Virus record (IMG/VR): IMGVR_UViG_3300046535_001869
Span: 32,001 to 96,000 of that record
DNA: 64,000 bases
Strand: one strand, 5' to 3'
Source of the DNA: a virus
Of the stretch, positions 27,091 through 36,428 are shown in pieces. Position numbers and translations under genes: made by a program. Numbering within the stretch: the first letter of the stretch is position 1; every line of letters starts with the position of its first letter. The notes under the pieces are model-generated. The model was given only the letters and a program-made list of their open reading frames with translations, was not told the DNA's origin and made no database searches.

Positions 27091-27464
27091 CTCACCCTCC
27101 CTCCCGGGTGCCTCTCCGCCGCGCGGTCCGCGGCGTCCACCACGACGGCCCGCTGTCTCGGGCTGACGAACCCGCGAGCGTAGTACTGCTCGCGGATCGA
27201 GTTGAGGACCCCGCGGAATTCACCGCTGGCGTTTCGCATAGCCAGGTCGAACGCGGCCTCGAGGTCGTCGTCCCCAGCCGGGGCAGACTCGACTTCTGCC
27301 ACGACCGAGATCACCCTCGACAGTGCCATCTCCCACGTGTAGCCGTTGCGCGCCAGGAGCGACGTCGCCTGACGTAGGCACGCCAGCGCCTCGTGATCGT
27401 TGTCCGACGTCGAGAGGGTCATCAGCTTCTTTAACTGACCGAAGTCCTTGAGGTTCATCCACAT
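27087..27464 (-). CDS. hypothetical protein (DUF2786-like N-terminus)
   Basis: LKKLMTLSTSDNDHEALA. Confidence 0.6.
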   Translation of the reverse strand: MWMNLKDFGQLKKLMTLSTSDNDHEALACLRQATSLLARNGYTWEMALSRVISVVAEVESAPAGDDDLEAAFDLAMRNASGEFRGVLNSIREQYYARGFVSPRQRAVVVDAADRAAERHPGGRVR

Positions 27465-30400
27465 CCCTCGTTATACGAGCACCGCGTACAAGTCCGGCAG
27501 GTCCCGGTCCTAACAAGCGACAGGTTGTGACAGTCTGGGCACTCGTCGAGCTCAGCCTTCCTGGCGACGTTTACCCACGCGGCCAGGGCGACCGGTGGTC
27601 GGCTCTCGACGAACTCCGAGATCTTCCGGTGGATCTCCTCGACCCCGACCGCAGCCTCGACCGCCGGGACGTTAGCCAGTTCCTCGCGCCCGAGGTAGTG
27701 GATAGCCACGTCGCGGAAGATCAAGTCGAACAGCGACTGTGCCAACCTGATCCGCTCGTGGCCCTCGACGATCCCCGCCGGCTCGAACTTTGTATGAACG
27801 AACGCGTCGACGAATTCGTCGAGCGGGACACCGTACTGAAGGCCGATCGAGATCGCCTTGGCGAACCCGTTGACCAGGGAGCGGACGGTCGACCCTTCCT
27901 TGCTCATCTCGGTGAAGATCTCGGCGAGCCGCCCGTCCGGGTACTCCCCGGTGTGGAGATAGACCGAGTGCCCGTCGAGCTTGAACTTTTGCCGATAGCC
28001 GCGAGCGCGTGGAGTTAGCGCCTCGCGTTCATTACGGGAGAAAACCGTATCCGCAACAACAGAATATCGACGCTTGGGATCGGTCAAGAAATCGGTTTCG
28101 CCGGAGGTCTGTGCGATTTTAGGTTTGGCAGCCGCGAGCGGCTGCGTCAGTTTCGACCCGTCGCGGTACAACGCGATGGCCTTGACGCCGAGCCGCCAAG
28201 CCTCGCGGTAGACGCCGGACACGTCCTCGACCGTCGCATCGTTCGGCAGGTTCACGGTCTTCGACGCCGCGCCCGAGAGATGCGGCTGGAGCGCGGCGAC
28301 CATCAACACATGGGCCATCGGGCGGAGGTCGGCGACGCAGTGGAAGACCCGTAGGGTCAGCGTCGGTGCACGATAAATACCGGGCCAACCATCTAGGGTA
28401 CCAGCCTCGCTGATCCAATTTATGGCGTCTCTGGTATCTCGTTCATCGAAACCGAGGCGTCCTAGAGCCATAGGAACCGCCTGGTTGACGATCACCATCG
28501 TCCCGCCGCCGGCCAGCTGCTTGTCCTTGACCAGCGCGTAGTCCGGCTCACACCCGGTGGTGTCGCAGTCCATCACGAACGAGATAGTCCCGGTCGGCGC
28601 GATCAGCGTCGTCTGGGCGTTGCGGAAGGATTTGGCCTCGAGGACATGCTCCCAGACATAGATGGATCGATCGACGATCCTTCCGGCCTGCCCCTCGCAG
28701 CTCACGAAGTCGACCGCCTCGCGGTGCTTGTGCATCACGCCGTAGAACGAGGCAACATTTGCCTCCCACCGAGGGAACGGCCCGAGCTCCTCGGCCAGCT
28801 CCGCCGAGGTCCGATAGGCGACGCCGGTCATCAACGCGGTCAGGGCAGCAGCGAGCGCGCGACCCTCGTCGGAATCGTACGGTAGCGCCAGACGCATCAG
28901 CAACCCACCGAGGTCAGCGTAGCCCAGGCCCAGGGTCCGGTAGTTGTACGCGCCCTCGGCGAACTCGCGCGCCGGGAACGAGGCCATCGAGACGCTGATG
29001 TCGAGCACCATCGTCCACAGCCGGCAAGCGTGCTCGTAGCGGTCAAGGTCGATCGAGCCGTCGTCGTTAAGGAAGGCGGTCAGGCGGAGGGAGGCGAGGT
29101 TGCACGCCGAGCCGTCATTTGAGTGAAATTCTGCGCACGGGTTCGTCGTCCTAATAGGACCGTCCGCGGCCGTAGTGTGCCAGGAGTTAATCGTATCGTG
29201 GAACAGTAGCCCAGGGTCCGCGCTGGCCCAGGCGGCACGACAGATCTCGTTCCAGACCTCACCGGCGTTAACGATCTTCGCCACCTCGCCGGTCGTGCGC
29301 GCTATCAAGTTCCACGGTTTATGTCCCTCGGCTGAACGCATGAACGCGTCGGTCACTCGGACCGAGTTGTTCGAGTTCTGCCCATCGATCGTCCGCATCG
29401 CCTCGGACTCCCAGGTCGCTGGGAGCGCTTCGGGCTCGAAGCCGTTCTCAAGTCGATCGATCATCGGCTGGGGGATATCGATGCCGATGGGAGCGAACCC
29501 CCCGTATTTTAATCGTAGCACCTGACTCCCGACGTCCATCGCCGCGGCCTTGCCCTCCTCGCGAACCTTCCAGCGAATGAACTCCAGGAGCTCCGGGTGG
29601 TCGTCGTCCAGGCAGACCATCTTGGCCGCGCGCCGGGTCGTCCCACCGGACTGGATCGCTCCGGCGGCTCTATCCCCGATCGCTAGCCAACTCATCACGC
29701 CGGAGGCTCGACCACCTCCGGATAACGGTTCGTGCAGCGCGCGCCAGGTGCTAGGATTTACCCCCGACCCGGACCCGTGCTTGAAGATCCGCGCCTCGCG
29801 GACCCACGTGTCCATGATCCCGCCCTCGTTGACGAGGTCGTCCCGGGTTGGCGTCAGGAAGCAGGCGTGCGGCTGGGGGTTCTCGTAGCTGTTGTAGACG
29901 CGATCGGCGATCGGCCAGCCGTCATCGGTGACCTTGTGCTCCTTCCCGACCCGCCACATCCCCGAGTCGGGTCCGGCGATGCCGTAGGCCCAGTGGAGGC
30001 CGGTGTTGAACCATTGCGGGGAGTTCGGCACCGCGATCTGCATCGCGAGCATGTAGTAGAGCTCGTCGTAGAACGCGCGGGCGTCCTCCTCTCCGATTTT
30101 ATCCGCGTCCGCACCGAGAACTTTGAAGTACCCCTCGCGCCAGCCCCAGTACGTCCACGCGCCGGCCATCCTGTTGAAGATCTGGCGCGCTGAGGTCTCG
30201 GGGCCATACGTTATAGTCCTGTTCGTGCCGCTGTGGGGTTCACGAGGCCTTAACCAAAATGGTAGGGAATGATCTATGTCCTTGACGCTATCAATCGTTT
30301 CGCTCGGCACCCCTGCCTTCCGCAGGTACTTGTCCGCGAGGATGTTCGCAGCGTTCTGGGACCAGCGCGCCGGTACCTCGACCCGCGGCACCTGGGCGAC

Positions 30401-30490
30401 CTTACCGGTGATGGCGACGTCGACGGTCTTCCATTCGATCTGGTCCTCGATGGGACGGTCAGTGGTCGTATATAGGCGGGTTATCTTCAC
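27455..30490 (-). CDS. nrdJ: class II (adenosylcobalamin-dependent) ribonucleotide reductase
   Basis: PNSPQWFNTG, QPHAC, TNPCAE, CNLASL, IAPTGTIS, YRDGSK, C-terminal TSCPD-like and Zn-ribbon domains; start uncertain (GTG 30490). Confidence 0.93.
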   Translation of the reverse strand: MKITRLYTTTDRPIEDQIEWKTVDVAITGKVAQVPRVEVPARWSQNAANILADKYLRKAGVPSETIDSVKDIDHSLPFWLRPREPHSGTNRTITYGPETSARQIFNRMAGAWTYWGWREGYFKVLGADADKIGEEDARAFYDELYYMLAMQIAVPNSPQWFNTGLHWAYGIAGPDSGMWRVGKEHKVTDDGWPIADRVYNSYENPQPHACFLTPTRDDLVNEGGIMDTWVREARIFKHGSGSGVNPSTWRALHEPLSGGGRASGVMSWLAIGDRAAGAIQSGGTTRRAAKMVCLDDDHPELLEFIRWKVREEGKAAAMDVGSQVLRLKYGGFAPIGIDIPQPMIDRLENGFEPEALPATWESEAMRTIDGQNSNNSVRVTDAFMRSAEGHKPWNLIARTTGEVAKIVNAGEVWNEICRAAWASADPGLLFHDTINSWHTTAADGPIRTTNPCAEFHSNDGSACNLASLRLTAFLNDDGSIDLDRYEHACRLWTMVLDISVSMASFPAREFAEGAYNYRTLGLGYADLGGLLMRLALPYDSDEGRALAAALTALMTGVAYRTSAELAEELGPFPRWEANVASFYGVMHKHREAVDFVSCEGQAGRIVDRSIYVWEHVLEAKSFRNAQTTLIAPTGTISFVMDCDTTGCEPDYALVKDKQLAGGGTMVIVNQAVPMALGRLGFDERDTRDAINWISEAGTLDGWPGIYRAPTLTLRVFHCVADLRPMAHVLMVAALQPHLSGAASKTVNLPNDATVEDVSGVYREAWRLGVKAIALYRDGSKLTQPLAAAKPKIAQTSGETDFLTDPKRRYSVVADTVFSRNEREALTPRARGYRQKFKLDGHSVYLHTGEYPDGRLAEIFTEMSKEGSTVRSLVNGFAKAISIGLQYGVPLDEFVDAFVHTKFEPAGIVEGHERIRLAQSLFDLIFRDVAIHYLGREELANVPAVEAAVGVEEIHRKISEFVESRPPVALAAWVNVARKAELDECPDCHNLSLVRTGTCRTCTRCSYNEGCG

Positions 30491-30512
30491 GCGTGTTCTC
30501 CTAACTTCAGTA

Positions 30513-30701
30513 TCACTCCACCCTCCCACCGGCGTACAGGCCGAGGTCGAGGAGCCCGCGGAGCGTCTCGCGTGCAGCGTCGTCTTCGACGATCCGGTAT
30601 CCGTTGAGCTTGATCGGCACCGCCCCGGCGGTCAGTCGGAAGATCACCGGGCCGACGTCGCGGACGGTTAGTTCTCGGCCGGTGGAGTAGATGAGCTTCA
30701 C
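30513..30701 (-). CDS. hypothetical protein
   Basis: GTGA-coupled start. Confidence 0.5.
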   Translation of the reverse strand: MKLIYSTGRELTVRDVGPVIFRLTAGAVPIKLNGYRIVEDDAARETLRGLLDLGLYAGGRVE

Positions 30702-30898
30702 TCGATGCCCCTCCGGTCCTTGCCTAACGGCCAAATCTTATCCTGGTAGATCTGGCCGTGACGTCGGAGCTGCGTTACACCATCGATCTTGTCCCACTCG
30801 GACAGCTCCGGCACCAGCTCGATGGCGCGGCGGCGGAGGACCGGGTCGACGCAGGCCTGGAAGAGGTGGACTAGGCAGGTCAGCTCGCGGATGGTCAC
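30698..30898 (-). CDS. hypothetical protein
   Basis: Coupled ORF. Confidence 0.5.
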   Translation of the reverse strand: MTIRELTCLVHLFQACVDPVLRRRAIELVPELSEWDKIDGVTQLRRHGQIYQDKIWPLGKDRRGIE

Positions 30899-31923
30899 TT
30901 GTCTCCCTCCCAGCCCTGCGGGCGCTCGAAGCCGCCCGCGCCGTGGTGCCCACCGCCCCCGTACAGCGCGCAGACCTTCGACACGTCAGCGCCCTCGGGG
31001 CGCGAGCGGAGGCTGAAGTTGCGCCGGCCATCGCGGTCGTAATAGGTGGCAGCAAAAGCCGCGGCCATCATAAATTCACCGCTAGTACCGGTCATAGATT
31101 GAGGCTCGGTTAACGCGTGCCCCACATCAGAAGCCAACCACGGCGGGCAGTTGCAGACTGGGACGCGAACGCCGCCAATAACCATCGTGCGGCGGGTGGT
31201 GCGAATGATGGTCTGAACGTCGAGGTCGTGCTTGCGGAGGATGCCGGTGCCCTCCTTGATAAGGTCAGCTCCGAACCAAGCACCTGAATCCGCTATATTT
31301 CCGTTGTCCTCGTATAGCCGATCCCACAGCGCGAAGGAGAGCGGGTAGGAGGTCACCGCGGCGTGGAACGGGCGCGAGCGGTCGTCGGTGAACTTCCAGA
31401 TGTCGTAGTCCTCAACTAGGTCGATGAACCAGGGGCGCGAGACGCCGGGGTTGAAGAAGTCCCAGGTAATGCCGGCGCCACTCCTCGACATATCGAATAA
31501 CACGCCGAGGTTTACTGGAGCGCCGGAAGAAATATATCTTACGGGTTCATCGGTCACATGATATGTCATACCTTGAATAGGAAGCGCTGGCCGACCAGCG
31601 AGTGTTTCGATCATATTGATTTCTAATGCCCAAGAGATAAAGTTTGAACGCGGAGAGGCTAATTCAGCCAGGTCCTCCGCTGCGGATTTATGGTGATCCA
31701 ACACGAGCACCGAGCGGGCGGTGCGGGCCATCGCCTCGAGGATCGGACGAGGGTAGGAGAAGTCGACGATCAGGACGTCGCGGTCCTTGACGTCCGGCGG
31801 ATCCTGGTTATACGACGCGTAGACGAATTCGACGTTGTTCTGGAGCGCGCGATGGACGACCCAGGAGGCAGCGAAGCCGTCGATGCAGGAGGAGCCGTGG
31901 GCGATGCAGAGGGTTTTGGTCAT
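30895..31923 (-). CDS. DHH/DHHA1 phosphoesterase
   Basis: HGSSCIDG, IVDFSY, LDHHKSA, FSLRS, GGGGH..AGGF; start ATG 31923. Confidence 0.85.
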   Translation of the reverse strand: MTKTLCIAHGSSCIDGFAASWVVHRALQNNVEFVYASYNQDPPDVKDRDVLIVDFSYPRPILEAMARTARSVLVLDHHKSAAEDLAELASPRSNFISWALEINMIETLAGRPALPIQGMTYHVTDEPVRYISSGAPVNLGVLFDMSRSGAGITWDFFNPGVSRPWFIDLVEDYDIWKFTDDRSRPFHAAVTSYPLSFALWDRLYEDNGNIADSGAWFGADLIKEGTGILRKHDLDVQTIIRTTRRTMVIGGVRVPVCNCPPWLASDVGHALTEPQSMTGTSGEFMMAAAFAATYYDRDGRRNFSLRSRPEGADVSKVCALYGGGGHHGAGGFERPQGWEGDK

Positions 31924-32219
31924 CGTCCAACTCCGACTAACACGTTGCGGTACCGCGGGACGAACGTCTTCTTGATCTTGACGCCCCTCCACCGCGTGCC
32001 ATAGCGACAGAGCGGGCTGGAGCGCCACGCCGACTGCTGAAGGAAGCGCGCCTCGCGCCGGTAGTAGCGCGCTAGGGCCTCCTCGTCGGCCGTGGTTCCC
32101 TCGGTCTGGCCGAAGAGTATCCTTGCCGGAACGTTCATAGCCTCGGAGATGCTCTCCATAAGATCATCGCGCGCCTCGGTGAACTCGGCTAAGGTAGGAA
32201 TTACGGTTACGATCTTCAC
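31920..32219 (-). CDS. small protein with a portal-like segment
   Basis: GTGA start at 32219; ISEAMNVPARILFGQTEG...ALARYY. Confidence 0.55.
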   Translation of the reverse strand: MKIVTVIPTLAEFTEARDDLMESISEAMNVPARILFGQTEGTTADEEALARYYRREARFLQQSAWRSSPLCRYGTRWRGVKIKKTFVPRYRNVLVGVGR

Positions 32220-32509
32220 AGCGTCATCTCGCGGTTCTGGTTGTATAGCTCCTCGGCGAGGTTCCCGAAGGCCAGGGCGCATGCCGCTTCCTCATCGTAG
32301 ACGTGCCCCGATGGCATGTCCGCGCGCAGGTCCTCGCGGACCTCGTGGCACTCGGCGCAGGTACAGTACTCGGTCGCGGTATTGTCCCAGATGCCGAACG
32401 AGTTCAGGTAGACTTCACCGGCCTCGATGGTGCGCCGGCACTCGCAGCATCGGTGGGGCTTGCGTGCCCGGCGAGGCTGCTCCTGGTAGAGGGTTGGGAT
32501 TTCACACAT
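32216..32509 (-). CDS. Zn-finger phage protein
   Basis: ARKPHRCCEC...I..GE.Y...CAEC. Confidence 0.7.
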   Translation of the reverse strand: MCEIPTLYQEQPRRARKPHRCCECRRTIEAGEVYLNSFGIWDNTATEYCTCAECHEVREDLRADMPSGHVYDEEAACALAFGNLAEELYNQNREMTL

Positions 32510-32821
32510 TCAGCGTCTTCCCCTCGGTTGATTGTAACCGTCGATGTAGTTCGACCGATCCTCGAAGCACCCCGGGTGCGGCACGCAGCGGACCTCGGCG
32601 TTCTCGATCGGCGGGTAGCCGTTCGGGTGGAAGGCGTCGCGTTCTGGTTTCCAGCGCCCCTCGCGTGCCACGGCGCACGGGTCGGGCATCCCGCGCAGCG
32701 GGGCCTTGGCGCAGGCACGGACCTCGCTCCCATCGGGCCAAGTGACGATCAGCTCGCGGTCGTCGGCCGAGGCGAGGACGACGAGGGCGGTGGCGAAGAG
32801 GAGGGGGTGGAGGGTGATCAT
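32510..32821 (-). CDS. hypothetical exported protein
   Basis: Hydrophobic N-terminus; four Cys. Confidence 0.5.
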   Translation of the reverse strand: MITLHPLLFATALVVLASADDRELIVTWPDGSEVRACAKAPLRGMPDPCAVAREGRWKPERDAFHPNGYPPIENAEVRCVPHPGCFEDRSNYIDGYNQPRGRR

Positions 32822-33111
32822 CCTTCAAGCCTCGCGCGCTCGTCCTCGGTCAGCAGATGCCACAGGCGGAAGCGAACGACGCGCCAATCGTTGATCAGTC
32901 GATCGGATTTCGACCGTTCAACCAGCTGGTTCCAGTACCACCGCGCCGACTCCAGACTGTGCTCGGGCGACTTGTCGCGCCGAAGGTACTTCAGGACGTT
33001 CCCAGCGGCGAACGCGGGACCCCAGTCGGTCTTCTCGACTATAGTATCCCAGACCTGGCGGCCCTCGCCGTAGTGGGTCTGGCGGACGGTCTCGTCGACG
33101 CGGGCGGTCAT
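32818..33111 (-). CDS. DUF3310-like protein
   Basis: HY...FAAGNVLKYLRR..K...LESARWY. Confidence 0.7.
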   Translation of the reverse strand: MTARVDETVRQTHYGEGRQVWDTIVEKTDWGPAFAAGNVLKYLRRDKSPEHSLESARWYWNQLVERSKSDRLINDWRVVRFRLWHLLTEDERARLEG

Positions 33112-33449
33112 CGTTCGGCCTCCAGTTGCGCGATCCGCTCGCGCGCCTTGAAGTGCGAGCGACCTATGACCCCGACGACGTCGAAGCCGGCGCAGCGGAC
33201 TAGGAGCGTCCAGTACGCGAAAACGTCGGACAATTCGTCCTTGAGCAGCTCACGGTCGATCTTGTCGCCGCGCCACTGCTTCTTGATGAAGTTCGCGACC
33301 TCACCCGCCTCGCCTGCGAGAGCCAGCGCGAGGAATCGCTCGTCCTCGATCGAGCCAGCGACGTTCCCGGACCGCGCGATGAACCGGTGGTGAAGGTCCC
33401 ACAGGTCACGATCGACGTCGTTGATCAGGTCCTTACCGTCCGATGGCAT
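33108..33449 (-). CDS. MazG-like NTP pyrophosphohydrolase
   Basis: LAGEAGEVANFIKK...DELSDVFAY. Confidence 0.8.
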   Translation of the reverse strand: MPSDGKDLINDVDRDLWDLHHRFIARSGNVAGSIEDERFLALALAGEAGEVANFIKKQWRGDKIDRELLKDELSDVFAYWTLLVRCAGFDVVGVIGRSHFKARERIAQLEAER

Positions 33450-33705
33450 CGGCGTACTCCCAGTTGTATCGCTTCGACTTCTTCGGCGGCCAGCCGTCCT
33501 CCCCGGCGAGCGCGAGCGCGACGACCGGGGACGGCGCGCGGACGCTCAGCGAGTCGTCGATCTCCTCGGGCTCGATCCGATAGACCGGGTCGCCAGGACC
33601 CCAGAACCAGCGGTGGGCGTCGTAGCCCGCGGCATCGAGCCGGACGCGACGCATGATCCAGCCATCGGGCAGGCGCGCGATTCCGTGGTGGAAGACGCGG
33701 GTCAT
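33433..33705 (-). CDS. hypothetical protein
   Basis: Coupled ORF. Confidence 0.5.
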   Translation of the reverse strand: MTRVFHHGIARLPDGWIMRRVRLDAAGYDAHRWFWGPGDPVYRIEPEEIDDSLSVRAPSPVVALALAGEDGWPPKKSKRYNWEYADAIGR

Positions 33706-34526
33706 ACCTTCAGATACCTCGGCGCGAAGCCGCCAGCCTCGGTCCGCTCCAGGTCACCGAACAGCGCGGGCTCAGCTGCGAGCATCAGCTCGGCGATCCG
33801 TGAGAAGACGTGGAAGATCTCCTCCTCGGCCGCCGGCTCGGTCCGGAGCGCGATGACGTGGCGGAGCGCGCGGACGTTCCCGGTCCAGACGCCGCCGGTC
33901 GCGACGCCCAGCGGAACGATCCGGCTCAAGCACGACGTCACTCGCTTCTTGTAGTCGAAGTTCTTGTCGCCCTCGTCCATCTCCCAGATCTTCAGCAGCT
34001 CGGCGTAGTAGTGCTCGACCGTCTCGAACGTCGCGTCGAAGACCGCGCGGCTCGCCGCCTTGCGGTCGGCCAGGTCCGGATCATCGGACGCGCGCTCGGT
34101 CAGCGACGTCGGGATCCAGTACGGGATGTCCCTGTCGAACCTGATGAACCTGAGGGACCCCTCGCTGATCGCCCAGCCGGCGCGGTGGCGGTTCATCTCG
34201 GCGGTGAAGACGCGCGATACGCCCTCGATCGCGAACGTATAGACCGCGTGCTCCAGGACCGAGCCGTGGCCGGACGCCAGGATGTTGTCCAGGTACGCGA
34301 CGAGGTCCGAGCGGACCCGCGTCACGTTCGGATTCAGGCCCGGCTCGAACGACATATAGCAGCGCTTCGCGGCGAGCGCGATCAGCAGCGCCGGATCGGT
34401 CGCGACATCCGGTCCCGGAACTTCGTACCCGTCCGCCCCGACGTGGTCGAGCCAGCGACGGACCTCAGCGCGGTCGACGACCGTTCGGCCAACGTTGAAG
34501 ATTTCGATAGAGACGTGCTTAGGCAC
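33702..34526 (-). CDS. thyX: FAD-dependent thymidylate synthase
   Basis: GHGSVLEH, SRVFTAEMNRHR...SEGSLRF, NVRALRH; likely start GTG 34526. Confidence 0.9.
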   Translation of the reverse strand: MPKHVSIEIFNVGRTVVDRAEVRRWLDHVGADGYEVPGPDVATDPALLIALAAKRCYMSFEPGLNPNVTRVRSDLVAYLDNILASGHGSVLEHAVYTFAIEGVSRVFTAEMNRHRAGWAISEGSLRFIRFDRDIPYWIPTSLTERASDDPDLADRKAASRAVFDATFETVEHYYAELLKIWEMDEGDKNFDYKKRVTSCLSRIVPLGVATGGVWTGNVRALRHVIALRTEPAAEEEIFHVFSRIAELMLAAEPALFGDLERTEAGGFAPRYLKV

Positions 34527-34683
34527 GTTCCGCCTCGATCCGCCCATCGTGCTGGGTGAAGTAGCGGGTGTGCGGATCAACGGCCCGCAGCGCTGCAACG
34601 ACCTCCTGTCGCGTTAGAGGGGGGAGGCTATTTACCGCCTCCAGGAGGTTCTCCAGGGTCACTCGTCCGGTCGGTCGGCGCAC
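34519..34683 (-). CDS. 54 aa hypothetical protein (not in the ORF track)
   Basis: GAGGGGAG RBS, GTG 34683, stop overlaps the thyX start. Confidence 0.5.
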   Translation of the reverse strand: MRRPTGRVTLENLLEAVNSLPPLTRQEVVAALRAVDPHTRYFTQHDGRIEAERA

Positions 34684-34712
34684 TGGTTCTCTCCCCTCAG
34701 CTCAGAAAGCAG

Positions 34713-34742
34713 ATAATACCATGGTAATGATAGAAAAGTAAA
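34713..34742 (-). promoter_or_regulatory. phage promoter, copy 7 (TTTACT-18-TATTAT)
   Basis: TTTACTTTTC core; 18 bp spacer. Confidence 0.65.
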
Positions 34743-34751
34743 GTGTGGTCT

Positions 34752-35165
34752 TTACCGTTCCACTAACCAAACATTGTGAACCCGGTCTTTGGTATACGGG
34801 TGCGTGGCGCCTGGCGCGCCGTGTGGTGTCCAGGAATCGTAGACTCGACCGTCCTTGATAATCACGACATGCTGCGGGACCGCCAACATGAGGACCCGAC
34901 CTGGGTAGAGTTCGACGCTGCGCTTGGCCCAGGTCGCGACGGTGCCGAGCTTTGCATGTTTGTATGGTCGTACCTTGTAACCAAGTTCGACCAGGGTGGC
35001 GCGGGCCGCTGCCATCGTGCTTGCTGTGACAACACCGGTGAGCGTGTCGTTGCGTGCGTGACGGTTCAGCGCGGGGTGGATTACCGAGGCAAAGTCTGCC
35101 CCGGTAATCGCGACCAGGGCGCTTGGTACGCACCATAGGCCTGGGGGAATTGGGTGGAGGTCCAT
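34752..35165 (-). CDS. hypothetical protein (possible papain-like Cys/His/Asp fold)
   Basis: WCVPSAL...HVVIIKDGRVYDSW. Confidence 0.6.
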   Translation of the reverse strand: MDLHPIPPGLWCVPSALVAITGADFASVIHPALNRHARNDTLTGVVTASTMAAARATLVELGYKVRPYKHAKLGTVATWAKRSVELYPGRVLMLAVPQHVVIIKDGRVYDSWTPHGAPGATHPYTKDRVHNVWLVER

Positions 35166-35166
35166 G

Positions 35167-36159
35167 CTACTTCAACAGCTTGCGTTTGCTCGAGCCGACC
35201 TGCGAGTCGAGGCCAATGTTATCGCCAGCGCTGCGGCCGGCTTGGTACGATGCGGAGTTCACCTTTTCGTGGTGCTTCGAATCTGCGTGCGTCCAGTTCT
35301 GCGAGCGACCGCGTCCGCCCCCGCTATTGCGACGGTTGCTGCGCTTGCGCCACGAATCGGCGTAGGTCTTGGCCTCCTCGACCCCGTAACCGTATGACTG
35401 ATAGAACGCCTCGGTGGCCTCGACCCCGGCTGCAACCAGCGCCTCCTCTTTGGCGCGGCGTTCCATTTCCTTGGCTTGGCCCTGTGCGCGACGGGTCGCC
35501 GTGGTACCAGCGGGAAACCCGTTCAGCGCATCGTTGTTCAGGTCGGCCTCGCTGCCGTACACGTCAGTGAGAACCAGCTCGCGCCCGGTACCGTTGCCGG
35601 TGGGTGCTGCCTTGCGAGAGGCCAACTCGGCCTCGCGACGGCGCTGCACCAGGCGTTCGATGACGCGCGAGGTGGCACCCTCGAGGAAAAACGTAAGTTC
35701 CCGCGTACTGCGGTTATCGATGCCGGCCTCGGTCGACAAGCGACGCATGGTAGAATCGAGATAGTCGTACATCTGCTCGGTGGCCTGGACATTAATGAAC
35801 CGGCCGACCAGCACGTGGCACCTCGAGGTCTTACCGCGGCCACCGGAATAGAGCGGCTTGACGTTTTGGACCTTAATGATCTGATGCAGGCAGAAGTTGT
35901 TGTTGGCCAGCGCGGCCATCAGGTTCCGCTGGTATTCGTACATCGCACGGCGGTCCGTGGTGCGCTTCTCGCGCTTGCCACCAACATCGCTAGCATCACC
36001 CCCGGCCTGCTCGACCTGGGCCATGGTCAGACCGTTCTCTTGCAGCAGCCGCTGGACGTGCTCGGCCGCCAGTGAGGCCTCGGCCTCGGTGGCGCCGCTG
36101 TTCTGCGACAGCGCAAGCAGCTTGGCGATACGTGCGAGGACTGGGTTCGAATCGGACAT
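35167..36159 (-). CDS. DUF2786-domain protein
   Basis: RIAKLLALS...TEAEASLA...LLQENGL; C-terminal YQAGRSAG. Confidence 0.75.
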   Translation of the reverse strand: MSDSNPVLARIAKLLALSQNSGATEAEASLAAEHVQRLLQENGLTMAQVEQAGGDASDVGGKREKRTTDRRAMYEYQRNLMAALANNNFCLHQIIKVQNVKPLYSGGRGKTSRCHVLVGRFINVQATEQMYDYLDSTMRRLSTEAGIDNRSTRELTFFLEGATSRVIERLVQRRREAELASRKAAPTGNGTGRELVLTDVYGSEADLNNDALNGFPAGTTATRRAQGQAKEMERRAKEEALVAAGVEATEAFYQSYGYGVEEAKTYADSWRKRSNRRNSGGGRGRSQNWTHADSKHHEKVNSASYQAGRSAGDNIGLDSQVGSSKRKLLK

Positions 36160-36200
36160 GGTGTACTCCCGTTTGAAGTTGTGGCGTTTGCGGCGCCTAG

Positions 36201-36374
36201 TTAGACCGGCTGGACGTCGTCTGAATAGTCATCGTCCATGTATGCCGTATACGGCGTAAAATCGTTTGTCACATCCACGAAGTGATTAATGTACTCTTGT
36301 AGACTTTCGTGTTCCTCTTTCGTAAACTTGCACGCATCGATAACAATTACGTATGCTTCTTTATAATAAGCCAT
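36201..36374 (-). CDS. 57 aa acidic protein (not in the ORF track)
   Basis: CGGGAG RBS; MAYYKEAYVIVIDACKFTKEEHESLQEYINHFVDVTNDFTPYTAYMDDDYSDDVQPV. Confidence 0.6.
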   Translation of the reverse strand: MAYYKEAYVIVIDACKFTKEEHESLQEYINHFVDVTNDFTPYTAYMDDDYSDDVQPV

Positions 36375-36428
36375 GTTGGTTCTCCCGTTTGAAGTCGGGG
36401 ACGTTTGTAGCGCCCCCGGGACCTCAGA

